Below are positions 29,359 through 38,883 of a stretch of 64,000 bases of DNA, one piece after another; position 1 is the stretch's first letter, and each line of letters begins with the position of its first letter. The stretch spans positions 64,001-128,000 of the forward strand of contig CAVSGO010000003.1 of assembly GCA_963727525.1 (NCBI GenBank). The letters run 5' to 3'. The position numbers and the translations under genes are program-made. A model generated the notes under the pieces. It searched no databases. It saw only the letters and a program-made list of their open reading frames with translations, and had not been told where the DNA came from. This DNA is from an uncultured bacterium. GTDB lineage: Bacteria > Krumholzibacteriota > Krumholzibacteriia > LZORAL124-64-63.

Positions 29359-30438
29359 TCAGCGGCCGCCTACGCGGCCCCCACCGCTACTGCCTCCACC
29401 GCCACCGGCATTGCCCGAGCCGTTGCCCATGCCGTGGCTCGTGTTTCCGGGACCCTGGCCGGCACCGCCGGGGTAGCCGGGGCTACCCGGTCCTGCGGAT
29501 GGGCCCAGCCCATGCCCGCCAGCGCCGGGCATGTCGGCCGGGCCCAGCCAGCCCGCGCGCAGCATCTGCTGCGCCATCTCCTGGGTGCCCAGCCCCCGGT
29601 TCAGGTCCTGGCGCACCTGCGTCATGATGTTGTCGAACTGTCCGGTGCGCGTGCGTGCCGCCGCCACGAGGGCCGTCATCTCGCGCATCTGCTGCGGAGA
29701 GAGGCCGAGTCCGAGCGCTTCGCCCACGAGGCCGACCGCGCCGTCGTGACTGGCGCCGCCGCCCACGAGGTTGGCGGCACATCCGCTGGCCGCCACGATG
29801 TCGTCGAGCGTGCACGTGTGGTCGCGCAGGCGCTCCTGGCCCTTGGTCTTCAGCTTCTCGAGGTCCCGGGCCGTGAGGCCGCCCCATACGTGCAGGGCCA
29901 CGTTGCCCGTGATGCCCGTGTGGGGATGCGGCGTCTCGCCGAGACCGGCGTCGGCCACCTCGTTGATGAAGTGGTTCGCCGTGCTGAGGCAGCCGACCAT
30001 GCGCTCAGCGGCCGCGATGATACGGTCAGGATCAACACCCTTGCGGCACCCCTCCTGGACCTTTGTCAGGACCAGATCGACCGGAAGCTCTGCAGCCAGC
30101 GCTGAGATGACCGTGGCTTGCGCCCGCAGAGCCTCCGGTCCGTCAAGGTGGGGTTGGTCGTCAAGCGGGAACAAGCCGACGAGCCGCTCCGGCGCGACCC
30201 CGGCCTGGAGGCATTGGCGCAGGTTCTCTTGCATCTGCTGACGGGTCGGTGCGTCGATGCCACCGGAATGCTCGATGCAGGTCGCGAGCCTCTGCGGCAA
30301 TGGCGTCTCGTTGGGGAGGAGCCCCGTCGCGTCATCGCTACCCTGGGCGCTGCCGGGAGCTGGCAACACCAGCAGGGTGAGTAGAAGCGACGCCAGAATC
30401 AACAGGACTCGATTCTTCGCCGCGATGGTGGAGCGCAT
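29359..30438 (-). CDS. Secreted alpha-helical hypothetical protein with Gly-rich tail
   Basis: Signal peptide, LPVDLVLTKVQEG, helical repeats, Gly/Pro-rich C-terminus; AGAAGGA RBS. Confidence 0.7.
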   Translation of the reverse strand: MRSTIAAKNRVLLILASLLLTLLVLPAPGSAQGSDDATGLLPNETPLPQRLATCIEHSGGIDAPTRQQMQENLRQCLQAGVAPERLVGLFPLDDQPHLDGPEALRAQATVISALAAELPVDLVLTKVQEGCRKGVDPDRIIAAAERMVGCLSTANHFINEVADAGLGETPHPHTGITGNVALHVWGGLTARDLEKLKTKGQERLRDHTCTLDDIVAASGCAANLVGGGASHDGAVGLVGEALGLGLSPQQMREMTALVAAARTRTGQFDNIMTQVRQDLNRGLGTQEMAQQMLRAGWLGPADMPGAGGHGLGPSAGPGSPGYPGGAGQGPGNTSHGMGNGSGNAGGGGGSSGGGRVGGR

Positions 30439-30501
30439 GATTCCTTCTCCTCGTCTCGCGATCGTGGCGGCCGGGGGCTCGGCCGGCGCGCCGTCACCCG
30501 A

Positions 30502-30530
30502 TGAGACGCCGCGCCGCGTATCCGGTTACG
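30502..30530 (-). promoter_or_regulatory. ECF-type promoter, copy 2
   Basis: CGTAAC-N16-CGTCTCA, same boxes as the copy upstream of the sigma gene. Confidence 0.7.
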
Positions 30531-31785
30531 GGAGCACCTCGAGTACGCCGTTGCGGCCGCCGAAGCCATCGTCGACAGTCGGTGTTCCCGGCGGCAGTGG
30601 TGCGGGTTTGCCGTCGACAAAGAACACGTACTGGTACGTCCCGGCTGGCAGTCGCAAGGTGATCTCCCACCAGCCGTTGCCTCGTGCGCCGAGCGGGCTC
30701 GCGCTGCGATCCCATCCGTTGAAGTCGCCGGCCACGGTCACCGCGTGCGCCTGTGGCGCGCGGATTTGTAGGCGCACGATGTCGCCGGCGTGTGCCATGG
30801 CCCGGGTCACGCGCGTGGTCGTGAGGATGGACCGGGTCCCGAGTCGCCACGTCATAGCGACCGAGAAGCGATGGACCGTCTCGCCGAAGCTCGTGGGATC
30901 CTCGTAGTGCGTGGCCAGCCACCCCAGTACGAGGGTGCGCGGTTCGTCGACGTCCCACTCCGCCGCGAGGCCGAACTGCCAGGTGGAGTCGCGGTTCAGG
31001 TCGATCGTACGATGGTCGAAGTGCCGGCGGCGGGCGAATCCGCGCCCGAGGACCCGTGTGTGTGCAGAGAGGGCACAGCGCAGGGCGGCCCAGAAGGAAA
31101 CCTCGTCGGAATCGTAGAAGCTCAGCCGGGTATTGGTGCTGGCTAGCGTGGCGGCTGCCGAAGCGATGAGATCCGGCCGCGGGCGCCAGGTGATCCCTGG
31201 CCCGGCATACGCCCGGCTCTCGACGTGGGTGCCCTGGACGCCGTGGTCGTCCGGCAGCTCGAGTTGCGGGTAGCGCCGGTTCTCCCAGCCGCCGCGCAGC
31301 TCCACATCGAGCCTCCGCGCGCGGTGCCGCAACGTGACCTCGGTATTGCCACCGACCATGCGGGCTTCGGGCCGGGCGTCGTCGTTCAGGAAGAAGGCAC
31401 CCGCGGCCGCGTGGGCGTCCCACGCCTGGTCGATGTCGAACCGCAAGCCACCGCCGCCGGCGGCCGCCAGGAGATTACGGTTGCTGGAGGCGAAGAACCG
31501 TTGCCACGAACCCTGGACGAAAGCGCTGGCGTGCGAGGGCGCGCGCCAATCGAGGCCGCCGCCGAGCTGCGCGAATACGCCGCCGCGCACGGACTCGAGC
31601 TCGAGGTCGGGCGTCACGGCGGCGTCGTCTTCCGAACCGACGCCAAACGACATCCAGCCGGCCACCGGTGCCGCCACGGCAGGAGACCCCTCCCCGATCG
31701 TGACCAGAGCCAGTAGTGAGCCCACGATGAGCCCGACCACGTACCGGGGAGGAGCGAGATCAGAGCGAGAGATCGAGCACTGCAT
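30526..31785 (-). CDS. Outer-membrane beta-barrel with C-terminal CBM48/AMPK-type glycogen-binding domain (start approximate)
   Basis: Hydrophobic N-terminus, amphipathic strands, C-terminal VTVAGDFNGW..GTYQYVFFVDG..DDGFGGRNGV. Confidence 0.7.
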   Translation of the reverse strand: MQCSISRSDLAPPRYVVGLIVGSLLALVTIGEGSPAVAAPVAGWMSFGVGSEDDAAVTPDLELESVRGGVFAQLGGGLDWRAPSHASAFVQGSWQRFFASSNRNLLAAAGGGGLRFDIDQAWDAHAAAGAFFLNDDARPEARMVGGNTEVTLRHRARRLDVELRGGWENRRYPQLELPDDHGVQGTHVESRAYAGPGITWRPRPDLIASAAATLASTNTRLSFYDSDEVSFWAALRCALSAHTRVLGRGFARRRHFDHRTIDLNRDSTWQFGLAAEWDVDEPRTLVLGWLATHYEDPTSFGETVHRFSVAMTWRLGTRSILTTTRVTRAMAHAGDIVRLQIRAPQAHAVTVAGDFNGWDRSASPLGARGNGWWEITLRLPAGTYQYVFFVDGKPAPLPPGTPTVDDGFGGRNGVLEVLP

Positions 31786-32422
31786 TCGTACCACCGAAGC
31801 CGTCGTCCCGTGTGGTGCGGGCCAGCGGGTCGGTGACCCAGCGACCGCCATCGACCACGAACATGTAGGCGTATTCGCCGGGCGGAAGGGCGAGATCGAG
31901 CGTCCACACGCCATTGGCGCGTCGCAGCGGAGTGGCCTCCGGCCGCCAGCCGTTGAAGTCGCCGGCAACAGTCACCTGCTGGACGTCGTCCCTGGGCACA
32001 TAGACGAGGTGTACGAGGCGCAGATCACCCACGGCGACGGCGTCGGCCGATACTGCGACGGCGGCACCGTCGTTGCGGCTGGGCACCAGGGTGCGCGGCC
32101 GGCCGGCCACGAGGTAGCCGGCGAGGAAGCAGACGGCGAGCGACGCCGCCAGGGCGAGCGCCTTCGCGTTTAGCCAGGATGGGCGCGGCGCGTGGGGACG
32201 GGAATCGCTCGCCGTATCGAGCGAACGCACCGAATCCATGACATGTGCGGCGAATCCTGCCGACACCGTGACCGTTGACGGCGCGCAGAGGGTGGCCAGC
32301 GCGGCCTCGCCCGCACGGAGCTCCGCCTCGAGGGCGGGATCGCTGGCGAGCATGGCTTCCAGCTCGCGGGCCTGGTCCTCGGTGAGATCGCCGTCGAGAT
32401 AGCGTTCCAGCATGGGATTCAT
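31760..32422 (-). CDS. Anti-sigma factor with single TM and C-terminal CBM48 domain
   Basis: LERYLDGDL anti-sigma N-terminus, TM helix, VTVAGDFNGW..GEYAYMFVVDG..W..DP..DDGFGGTNAV; ATGA overlap with sigma. Confidence 0.85.
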   Translation of the reverse strand: MNPMLERYLDGDLTEDQARELEAMLASDPALEAELRAGEAALATLCAPSTVTVSAGFAAHVMDSVRSLDTASDSRPHAPRPSWLNAKALALAASLAVCFLAGYLVAGRPRTLVPSRNDGAAVAVSADAVAVGDLRLVHLVYVPRDDVQQVTVAGDFNGWRPEATPLRRANGVWTLDLALPPGEYAYMFVVDGGRWVTDPLARTTRDDGFGGTNAVLDLSL

Positions 32423-33009
32423 GAGAGTTCCTCCGCAGGTGTCCAGCCCAGCCGGACGAGGTGGTCTTGCAACTGCCGCCGCGCGCGGTGCGCGCGAACC
32501 TTCAGAGCGCCGACCGTGGCTCCGTCGTGGCGCGCGATCTCCTCGAACGACCAGCCCTCCAGATGCTTGAGCACCAGCACCTCGCGATAGTCCGGCGGCA
32601 TGAGTGCGAGGGCGTCCATGAGCCGGTCGGTGTCCTCCCGCCTCAGCAATGAGGCCAGGGCGTCGGGTGTGGCGGCCGGGACGGCATCGATCACGTCGTC
32701 GCCCCCCTCCTGGGCCGCGTGCACCTCGTACCGCTCTCGCCGCTTGCGCCCACGGACGCGGTCGCGCACGGCGTGGATGCCGATCTGTACGAGCCACGTG
32801 CCGAAGGCCGATTCCCCGCGGAATCGCGGCAGCGCGAGATAGGCCTTCACGAAGGCGTCGTGCGCGGCCTCCTCGGCGAGCGCGCGATTGGCCGTGATCT
32901 GCATGAGCGTACCGAACAGACGATCCTGGTAGCGCTCGACCAGGAGCCGATAGGCCTCCTGGTTGCCCGCGCGAATCTCGGCGATGATGCTGGTGTCGCT
33001 GCGTTCCAT
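32419..33009 (-). CDS. ECF RNA polymerase sigma factor
   Basis: AEEAAHDAFVKAY, FRGESAFGTWL, YREVLVLKHLEGWSFEEIA, VRAHRAR. Confidence 0.92.
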   Translation of the reverse strand: MERSDTSIIAEIRAGNQEAYRLLVERYQDRLFGTLMQITANRALAEEAAHDAFVKAYLALPRFRGESAFGTWLVQIGIHAVRDRVRGRKRRERYEVHAAQEGGDDVIDAVPAATPDALASLLRREDTDRLMDALALMPPDYREVLVLKHLEGWSFEEIARHDGATVGALKVRAHRARRQLQDHLVRLGWTPAEELS

Positions 33010-33029
33010 GCCGGGTTTGGCCTCGCAGG

Positions 33030-33058
33030 TGAGACGGCCGCGCGTCCCTCAGGTTACG
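33030..33058 (-). promoter_or_regulatory. ECF-type autoregulatory promoter, copy 1
   Basis: CGTAAC-N16-CGTCTCA about 20 nt upstream of the sigma ATG. Confidence 0.7.
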
Positions 33059-33140
33059 CGCGCCGTGAAACCCATCCCTCAGCATACGCTTTCGTCCGCC
33101 CGCGGCCAGCCGGGCGCACGCGAGCGGTCAGGACGACGCG

Positions 33141-35390
33141 TCATTTCACGAGGGTCACGAGGCGCTGGTCGGAGCCGTCGTGCGAGATGAGACGCACGAG
33201 GTACGTTCCCGCGGCCACCATGCGGCCGCGGGCGTCGCGTCCATCCCAGGTGGCGCGATGCGAGCCGGCCTCGAACCGGCCAGCGGCGAGCACGCGCAGG
33301 CGGTGTCCGGCGACGTCGTACACGGCCAGGTGGATGGACTGGGCCCGGTCGACCGCGTAGGTTATCGTGGTGCGCGGGTTGAACGGATTGGGCGCCGCCG
33401 CGAGCAGGTGCGACGCGGCCGGGACCTCGGGCACCGCGATCGGGCCCGCCAGGGAGTTGCCGACGGCGACGAGGCCGAGGTCGAAGCTGGCGACGTAGGC
33501 CGTGGTGCCGTCGGTGGCGACATCGGAGGCCAGGCTGGCGAGCGTGCGGTATCCCACGATGGTCGGGCTCTCGCGACGCTGGATATCGACCACCGTCAGG
33601 CCGCCGTAGCGGTCGGCGACGTAGGCGACGTGGCCGCTGATGGACACCTCCATCGAACGATCGCGCGTGGCGACGGTCCCGAGCACCACCGGCGACTGCG
33701 GATCGGTGATGTCCACGACCGCGAGCCCGGCGGGGCCGGTGGCGATGACGGCCGTGTTGCCGCTGACGGCGACGGCCGAGACCTCGCCGGGGATGGCCAC
33801 GTTCGCCAGAGGCACGGGGACACGCGGGAACGCGAGGCTGTAGGTCCGTAGCCCGAAGTCGCGGTCGGCCACGAGGAGTCGGTCGCCCTGCACGGCCACG
33901 CCCATCGCGGATCCGCTGATATTCATGGTCAGCGCCTCCACCGGACGCATTGGCGAGGCGACGTCGAAGATGCGCACCCCCGTGGCCCCCGCGGCGACAT
34001 AGACGTGGTGGGCGAAGAAGGCGAGTCCGCGCGCGCCGCCGACCGTGTGACCGGTGGCGGGCACGGGCGCCGAGGGATCGGCGAGATCGACGGCCCAGAT
34101 GCCGGCGATCGATTCCGACACGTACGCGATGCCGTCGACGACGAGCACATCGAAGGGCGATCCCGACAGCGACGCCTCACCCGCCGGTTCGAGGTGCGTG
34201 GGGTCGTGGGTATCGAACCAGCGCAGACCGCGAGCACCGTCCACGAGGAACACGCGATCGCCGTCGACCGCGACGCCCGTGGCGACGTCGGCGGCGGGGC
34301 AGTGTGCGACCTCGGTGAGATGTCCCGTGCTGGCGAGCGACGCCAGGCGCACGCCGGCGCCGTCGGCGGCGACGCCGATGCGGGTCCCGTCGACGGCCGC
34401 GCCCCAGACCACGTCCGTGGTCGCGAAACTCGCGATCTCGTGCACGGACGCCGGCTGGCTCACGTCGAGCACGCGCAGAGCCGTGATGTCGCTCACGAAC
34501 GCACGGGTTCCGGCGATGACCACATCGTGCGCCACGGACGGCGTGTCGATATGGTCGATCTCGTACGGTGCCGCGGGATTGGCGACGCTGAAGAACCGCA
34601 CGCCGTCACCGCCGCAGGCGAGGGCCAGCAACGGCCCGTAGACCGCGATCCCCTCCGCCCAGTCCGCCACGTCGACGAATGTCAGCGGGACGGGATTGTC
34701 GGGATCGACGATGCTGAAGATGCTCAGCCCGCCCTGGAAATCGGCCACGTAGACCACCGCGCCCACCACGGCCAGGTCGCACGCCTGACCGAGCGCGAAC
34801 TGGTGACCGAACACGTAGGGGTTGGCGGGATCGCTCACGTTCACGATGAGCAGGCCCATCTGATCGTCGACGGCGTAGGCCCATACGTCGTGGATCGCGA
34901 CGGCCTGCACCCAGCCCGTCGTGGCATGGGAGCCGACGACGACCGGACGGGTGGGGTCGCTGGCATCGACGATCTGCAGTCCCGCCGGGCCGTTGGCGAT
35001 GACCAAGGTCGTTCCCGATACGGCGATGTCTAGGATCACATCGGGCAGGGCCACGCGACCCAGCTCGACGGGGTTCGCGAGCGTGCTGACGTCGACCACG
35101 ACGAGGAAGCCGCCGTCGGCATAGTAGAGGCGATTGCCCGCGAACTTCGTACTGCGGCACGGTCCGGATGGCCAGCGGCCGAGGATCGTGGTGTTCACGC
35201 CGCCGCGGTCGTCAGGGGGGAACATGGCCTCCCGGGAAGACCGTGGTCGTCGCGATGCTGCGGCCAGCGATGGCGCGGCCTCGCTCGTGACGGCACCATC
35301 CGACACGGTGGTGAGCGCACCCAGAGCCAGGACGAGGGACACGCCAAGGCGCCCTGGCCGGAGAGCTGGCAAACGTCGAATCCTCACCAT
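33141..35390 (-). CDS. Secreted LVIVD-repeat (beta-propeller) protein with FlgD-type C-terminal domain
   Basis: Many AYVAD..GL.IVDVSDP..P repeats; PNPFNPRTTI..WDGRD. Confidence 0.88.
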   Translation of the reverse strand: MVRIRRLPALRPGRLGVSLVLALGALTTVSDGAVTSEAAPSLAAASRRPRSSREAMFPPDDRGGVNTTILGRWPSGPCRSTKFAGNRLYYADGGFLVVVDVSTLANPVELGRVALPDVILDIAVSGTTLVIANGPAGLQIVDASDPTRPVVVGSHATTGWVQAVAIHDVWAYAVDDQMGLLIVNVSDPANPYVFGHQFALGQACDLAVVGAVVYVADFQGGLSIFSIVDPDNPVPLTFVDVADWAEGIAVYGPLLALACGGDGVRFFSVANPAAPYEIDHIDTPSVAHDVVIAGTRAFVSDITALRVLDVSQPASVHEIASFATTDVVWGAAVDGTRIGVAADGAGVRLASLASTGHLTEVAHCPAADVATGVAVDGDRVFLVDGARGLRWFDTHDPTHLEPAGEASLSGSPFDVLVVDGIAYVSESIAGIWAVDLADPSAPVPATGHTVGGARGLAFFAHHVYVAAGATGVRIFDVASPMRPVEALTMNISGSAMGVAVQGDRLLVADRDFGLRTYSLAFPRVPVPLANVAIPGEVSAVAVSGNTAVIATGPAGLAVVDITDPQSPVVLGTVATRDRSMEVSISGHVAYVADRYGGLTVVDIQRRESPTIVGYRTLASLASDVATDGTTAYVASFDLGLVAVGNSLAGPIAVPEVPAASHLLAAAPNPFNPRTTITYAVDRAQSIHLAVYDVAGHRLRVLAAGRFEAGSHRATWDGRDARGRMVAAGTYLVRLISHDGSDQRLVTLVK

Positions 35391-35642
35391 GGCGTGCCAC
35401 CCGGGTGCTAGGGGCAGGGGCCCAGGCGGAGGCAGGGCTTCCGCCAGGACCCGCGCGGGGGATCCGCAGCAGAATCCTCCGTAGCGAAGCACCAGCGTAC
35501 CCTGTCCATGGGATTCCAGCCAGCCCCTCGCGCGAACTTGACGGATGCCCATTGGTTGTCAATATTTTAACATACGCTCGGGCCGAGACCACGGAATGTG
35601 GTTCGCGCGCCATGGACTGACTCAACAAGGAGATTCCCGCTC

Positions 35643-37052
35643 GTGTCTCCGCGCAACATGCTTCCCACCATCGACGCCGACGCCATCCACGCCACCCTCG
35701 CCGATCCTGGCGACACGTCGGCTGCGCACGTGCGCGCCATTCTCGCGAGGGCCCGCGATCGGCAAGGATTGCCGGCTGCCGACGTCGCCGTGCTCCTGAC
35801 CTGCGACGATGCCGACCTCGACCAGGAGATCTTCGCCGCCGCGAGGGCGGTGAAGGATGCGATCTACGGCAACCGCCTGGTGCTCTTCGCGCCACTCTAC
35901 ATCACCAACCGCTGCCAGAACGATTGTCTCTACTGCGCCTTCCGCGCGAGCAACCGCAACCTCGTGCGGCGTGATCTCACGCTCGAGGAGATCGCGCACG
36001 AGACGCAAGTGATCGTGCGGGAAGGACACAAGCGCATCCTCCTGGTCGCGGGCGAGCATTATCCGGACGGTCAGGGGCTCGACTACGTCTTCCGCGCCAT
36101 CGAGACGGTGTACGGCGTGCGCGAGGGCAACGGCAGCATCCGACGCTTGAACGTGAATGTGGCCGCGCTCGACGTGCCGCACTATCGCGACCTCAAGGCC
36201 TGCGGCATCGGGACGTACCAGCTCTTCCAGGAGACGTACCACCGGCCTACCTATGCCACGATGCACCTGAGTGGTCCCAAGGCGGATTACGAGTGGCACC
36301 TCGGCGCCATCGATCGCGCCATGACCGCCGGCATCGACGATTGCGGTACGGGCGTGCTCTTCGGGCTCTATGATCATCGTTTCGAGGTGCTCGCGCTCAT
36401 GCAGCACGCGGTGCACCTGGAGCGCACGTACGGCGTCGGCCCGCACACGATCAGCGTACCGCGCATCGAGCCCGCGGAGGGGAGCGACGTGGCTGCGCAT
36501 CCGCCGTACGCCGTGAACAACAGCGATTTCCTGCGCCTGGTCGCCATCCTGCGCCTCGCCGTGCCGTATACCGGCATCATCCTCTCGACGCGAGAGGGCG
36601 CCGAGGTCCGTGGCAAGTGCTTCGATCTGGGCGTGTCACAGATCTCGGCGTCGAGCCGCACGAACCCCGGCGGCTACAGCGAAGCGGCGGCCGGGCTGCA
36701 CACCGGCGCGCAGTTCTCACTCGGCGATCATCGCAGCCTCGACGCGGTGGTGGCCGATGTGCTGGCTCACGGCTACCTGCCGTCGTTCTGCACCGCGTGC
36801 TATCGCCGGGGGCGTACGGGCCAGGACTTCATGGACCTGGCGAAGCCCGGGCTGATCAAGGACTTCTGCCAGCCCAACGCGATCCTCACCGTGAAGGAGT
36901 ATCTCGCGGACTACGCGAGTCCGCAGACGCGCACCGCGGGGGAGACGCTCATCGCCGGCGCGCTGGACCAGCTCGAGCACGAGGGGCTGCGTTGCCAGGT
37001 TTGCGACCGGCTCGTGCGGATCGAGCAGGGCGAGCGAGACCTGAACTTCTGA
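35643..37052 (+). CDS. hydG: [FeFe]-hydrogenase maturase HydG
   Basis: GNRLVLFAPLY, CQNDCLYC, GVGPHTISVPR, C-terminal SFCTACYR-x-C(QPNA), GERD; AAGGAG RBS. Confidence 0.92.
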   Translation: MSPRNMLPTIDADAIHATLADPGDTSAAHVRAILARARDRQGLPAADVAVLLTCDDADLDQEIFAAARAVKDAIYGNRLVLFAPLYITNRCQNDCLYCAFRASNRNLVRRDLTLEEIAHETQVIVREGHKRILLVAGEHYPDGQGLDYVFRAIETVYGVREGNGSIRRLNVNVAALDVPHYRDLKACGIGTYQLFQETYHRPTYATMHLSGPKADYEWHLGAIDRAMTAGIDDCGTGVLFGLYDHRFEVLALMQHAVHLERTYGVGPHTISVPRIEPAEGSDVAAHPPYAVNNSDFLRLVAILRLAVPYTGIILSTREGAEVRGKCFDLGVSQISASSRTNPGGYSEAAAGLHTGAQFSLGDHRSLDAVVADVLAHGYLPSFCTACYRRGRTGQDFMDLAKPGLIKDFCQPNAILTVKEYLADYASPQTRTAGETLIAGALDQLEHEGLRCQVCDRLVRIEQGERDLNF

Positions 37053-37062
37053 GGACCATGCC

Positions 37063-38145
37063 GTGTACGACGACGAGATCCTGCGCTGGCTGCTCACGCG
37101 CGACGAGGCGCGCCTGGCCTGGCTGTGGACAGCAGCCGACCGCGCCCGGCGCGAGCACGTGGGCGCGGCCGTGCATCTGCGCGGCCTGATCGAGTTCTCC
37201 AACCGCTGCGACCGCGCCTGCCTCTACTGTGGCATGCACCGCGCGAATCGCGACCTCGCGCGCTACACGATGTCGCGCGACGAGATCGTGGCCGGCGCCC
37301 GGGAAGCCGCGCGGCGGGGCTACGGCAGCGTCGTCCTGCAGTCCGGCGAGGCTCTGGCACCCGCCGCGCCCTGGTTGGCCGACGTCGTGCGCGCCATCAA
37401 GGCGACCACCGACCTCGCCGTCACCCTCAGCGTGGGCGAGCGTCCCGTGGCCGACCACGCGCTCTGGCGCGAGGCCGGCGCCGACCGGTACCTCCTGCGT
37501 TTCGAGACCAGCGACCCGGCGCTGCTGCAGCGCCTGCACCCGCCGCGCGGCGATGCGAGCGGCGCCGGCCACCCCCGACTCGCCGGTGTGCGCGCGCTGC
37601 AGGAGCTGGGGTACGAGACCGGCAGCGGTTTCATGGTGGGACTTCCCGGTCAGACGTACGCGAGCGTGGCTCGCGACATCGCCACGGTGCGCGATCTCGA
37701 ACTCGACATGGTGGGCGTGGGATGCTATGTGCCCCACCCGGCCACGTCGCTGGGCCGGGAGCATGCGGCGCTGGTCGCCGCGGGCCGATACACGGAGACG
37801 CCACGGCCGGACGGGCAGATCCCCAACACCGCTCTGGCCACCCTCGCCGCCGTCGCGCTGGTCCGGCTCGCGGCGCCCCAGGTGCATCTGCCGGCCAGCA
37901 CGGCCCTGGCCACGGTGAGCGAGGACGGCTACGCGGCCGGCCTGCGCCGCGGCTGCAATGTGATCATGCCGAATCTCACGCCCGACGCGTATCGTCTGCG
38001 CTATGATATCTACCCCACTCCGTTGCGCGGCGAGGAGTCGGACGCCGGAGCCGGGATCCTGCGCACGATAGAGGCTTGCGGACGTACGGTGGGTGCGGGA
38101 CCGGGCGGATCGGCACGCGGGCGCCGCGGCGGCGACACCCGTTGA
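37063..38145 (+). CDS. hydE: [FeFe]-hydrogenase maturase HydE
   Basis: LRGLIEFSNRCDRACLYCG, VLQSGE, RYLLRFET, GSGFMVGLPGQ, NVIMPNLTP, YDIYP. Confidence 0.88.
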   Translation: MYDDEILRWLLTRDEARLAWLWTAADRARREHVGAAVHLRGLIEFSNRCDRACLYCGMHRANRDLARYTMSRDEIVAGAREAARRGYGSVVLQSGEALAPAAPWLADVVRAIKATTDLAVTLSVGERPVADHALWREAGADRYLLRFETSDPALLQRLHPPRGDASGAGHPRLAGVRALQELGYETGSGFMVGLPGQTYASVARDIATVRDLELDMVGVGCYVPHPATSLGREHAALVAAGRYTETPRPDGQIPNTALATLAAVALVRLAAPQVHLPASTALATVSEDGYAAGLRRGCNVIMPNLTPDAYRLRYDIYPTPLRGEESDAGAGILRTIEACGRTVGAGPGGSARGRRGGDTR

Positions 38146-38174
38146 GACCCATCGTTTGCCGGGGAGAGGTCGCG

Positions 38175-38375
38175 ATGTTCGTGAAGCTGCTGCTCTGGGT
38201 CATCCTCTTCATCCTGTGCTGGCCGCTGGCGATCCTCTTCCTCGTGCTCTACCCGTTCGTCTGGCTGCTGCTCCTGCCGTTCAGGCTGGTGGGTGTCGCC
38301 GTGACGGGTGTGCTCGAGCTGGTGAAGGCCATCATCTTCCTGCCCGCGCGCCTGCTCGGGCAGCGGCCGCGCTAG
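38175..38375 (+). CDS. Small hydrophobic membrane protein
   Basis: MFVKLLLWVILFILCWPLA..; GGAGAGG RBS. Confidence 0.7.
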   Translation: MFVKLLLWVILFILCWPLAILFLVLYPFVWLLLLPFRLVGVAVTGVLELVKAIIFLPARLLGQRPR

Positions 38376-38376
38376 C

Positions 38377-38862
38377 TCACGCCGGCGCGCGCGCCATCGA
38401 CGCCGGCATCCGTACCGCCACCACCTCGCCACGCACCGTCACCGCGCCTGCGGCCGTCACCGTGACGTCGACGATCGCCTTGCGCTCGGACGTCTCCCGG
38501 ATATGGCCGCGGATCTCCAGTTCCGGACCCAGGGGCGTGGGCTCGAGATAAGTGACCCGCAACGACGCGGTGACGAAGCGTGGCGCCGGCGCCTCACCGA
38601 TGGCGCGGCCGGCGGCGCGCTCGGCGGCGGCGGCCGCGGTGCCCATGGCGTGGCAGTCGATAAGCGAGGCGAGCAGGCCGCCGTACACGAATCCGGGGAT
38701 GGCCGTGTGATAGGCGCGGGGCGTGAACCGCGCCACCGCGTCGTCGCCTTCCCAGCGCGTCTTGAGCTGCAACCCGTCGGCGTTGAGACGCCCGCAGCCG
38801 TAGCAATGGGCGACGTCGTCGGGGTAGTGGTCCTGGATCGCGGGGTTCTTGTCGGGAGTCAT
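38377..38862 (-). CDS. PaaI/hotdog-fold thioesterase
   Basis: CYGCG..N..GL, YGGLLASLIDCH, VTASLRVTYL.PTP. Confidence 0.85.
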   Translation of the reverse strand: MTPDKNPAIQDHYPDDVAHCYGCGRLNADGLQLKTRWEGDDAVARFTPRAYHTAIPGFVYGGLLASLIDCHAMGTAAAAAERAAGRAIGEAPAPRFVTASLRVTYLEPTPLGPELEIRGHIRETSERKAIVDVTVTAAGAVTVRGEVVAVRMPASMARAPA

Positions 38863-38883
38863 GGTGTTCTCCGGTCGCGGGTC

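Noticed and set aside
35643-37052. ThiH (and BioB for the next gene)
   Set aside because: The C-terminal CxxC-x22-C motif, the GPH His and pairing with a HydE-type gene fit HydG/HydE.
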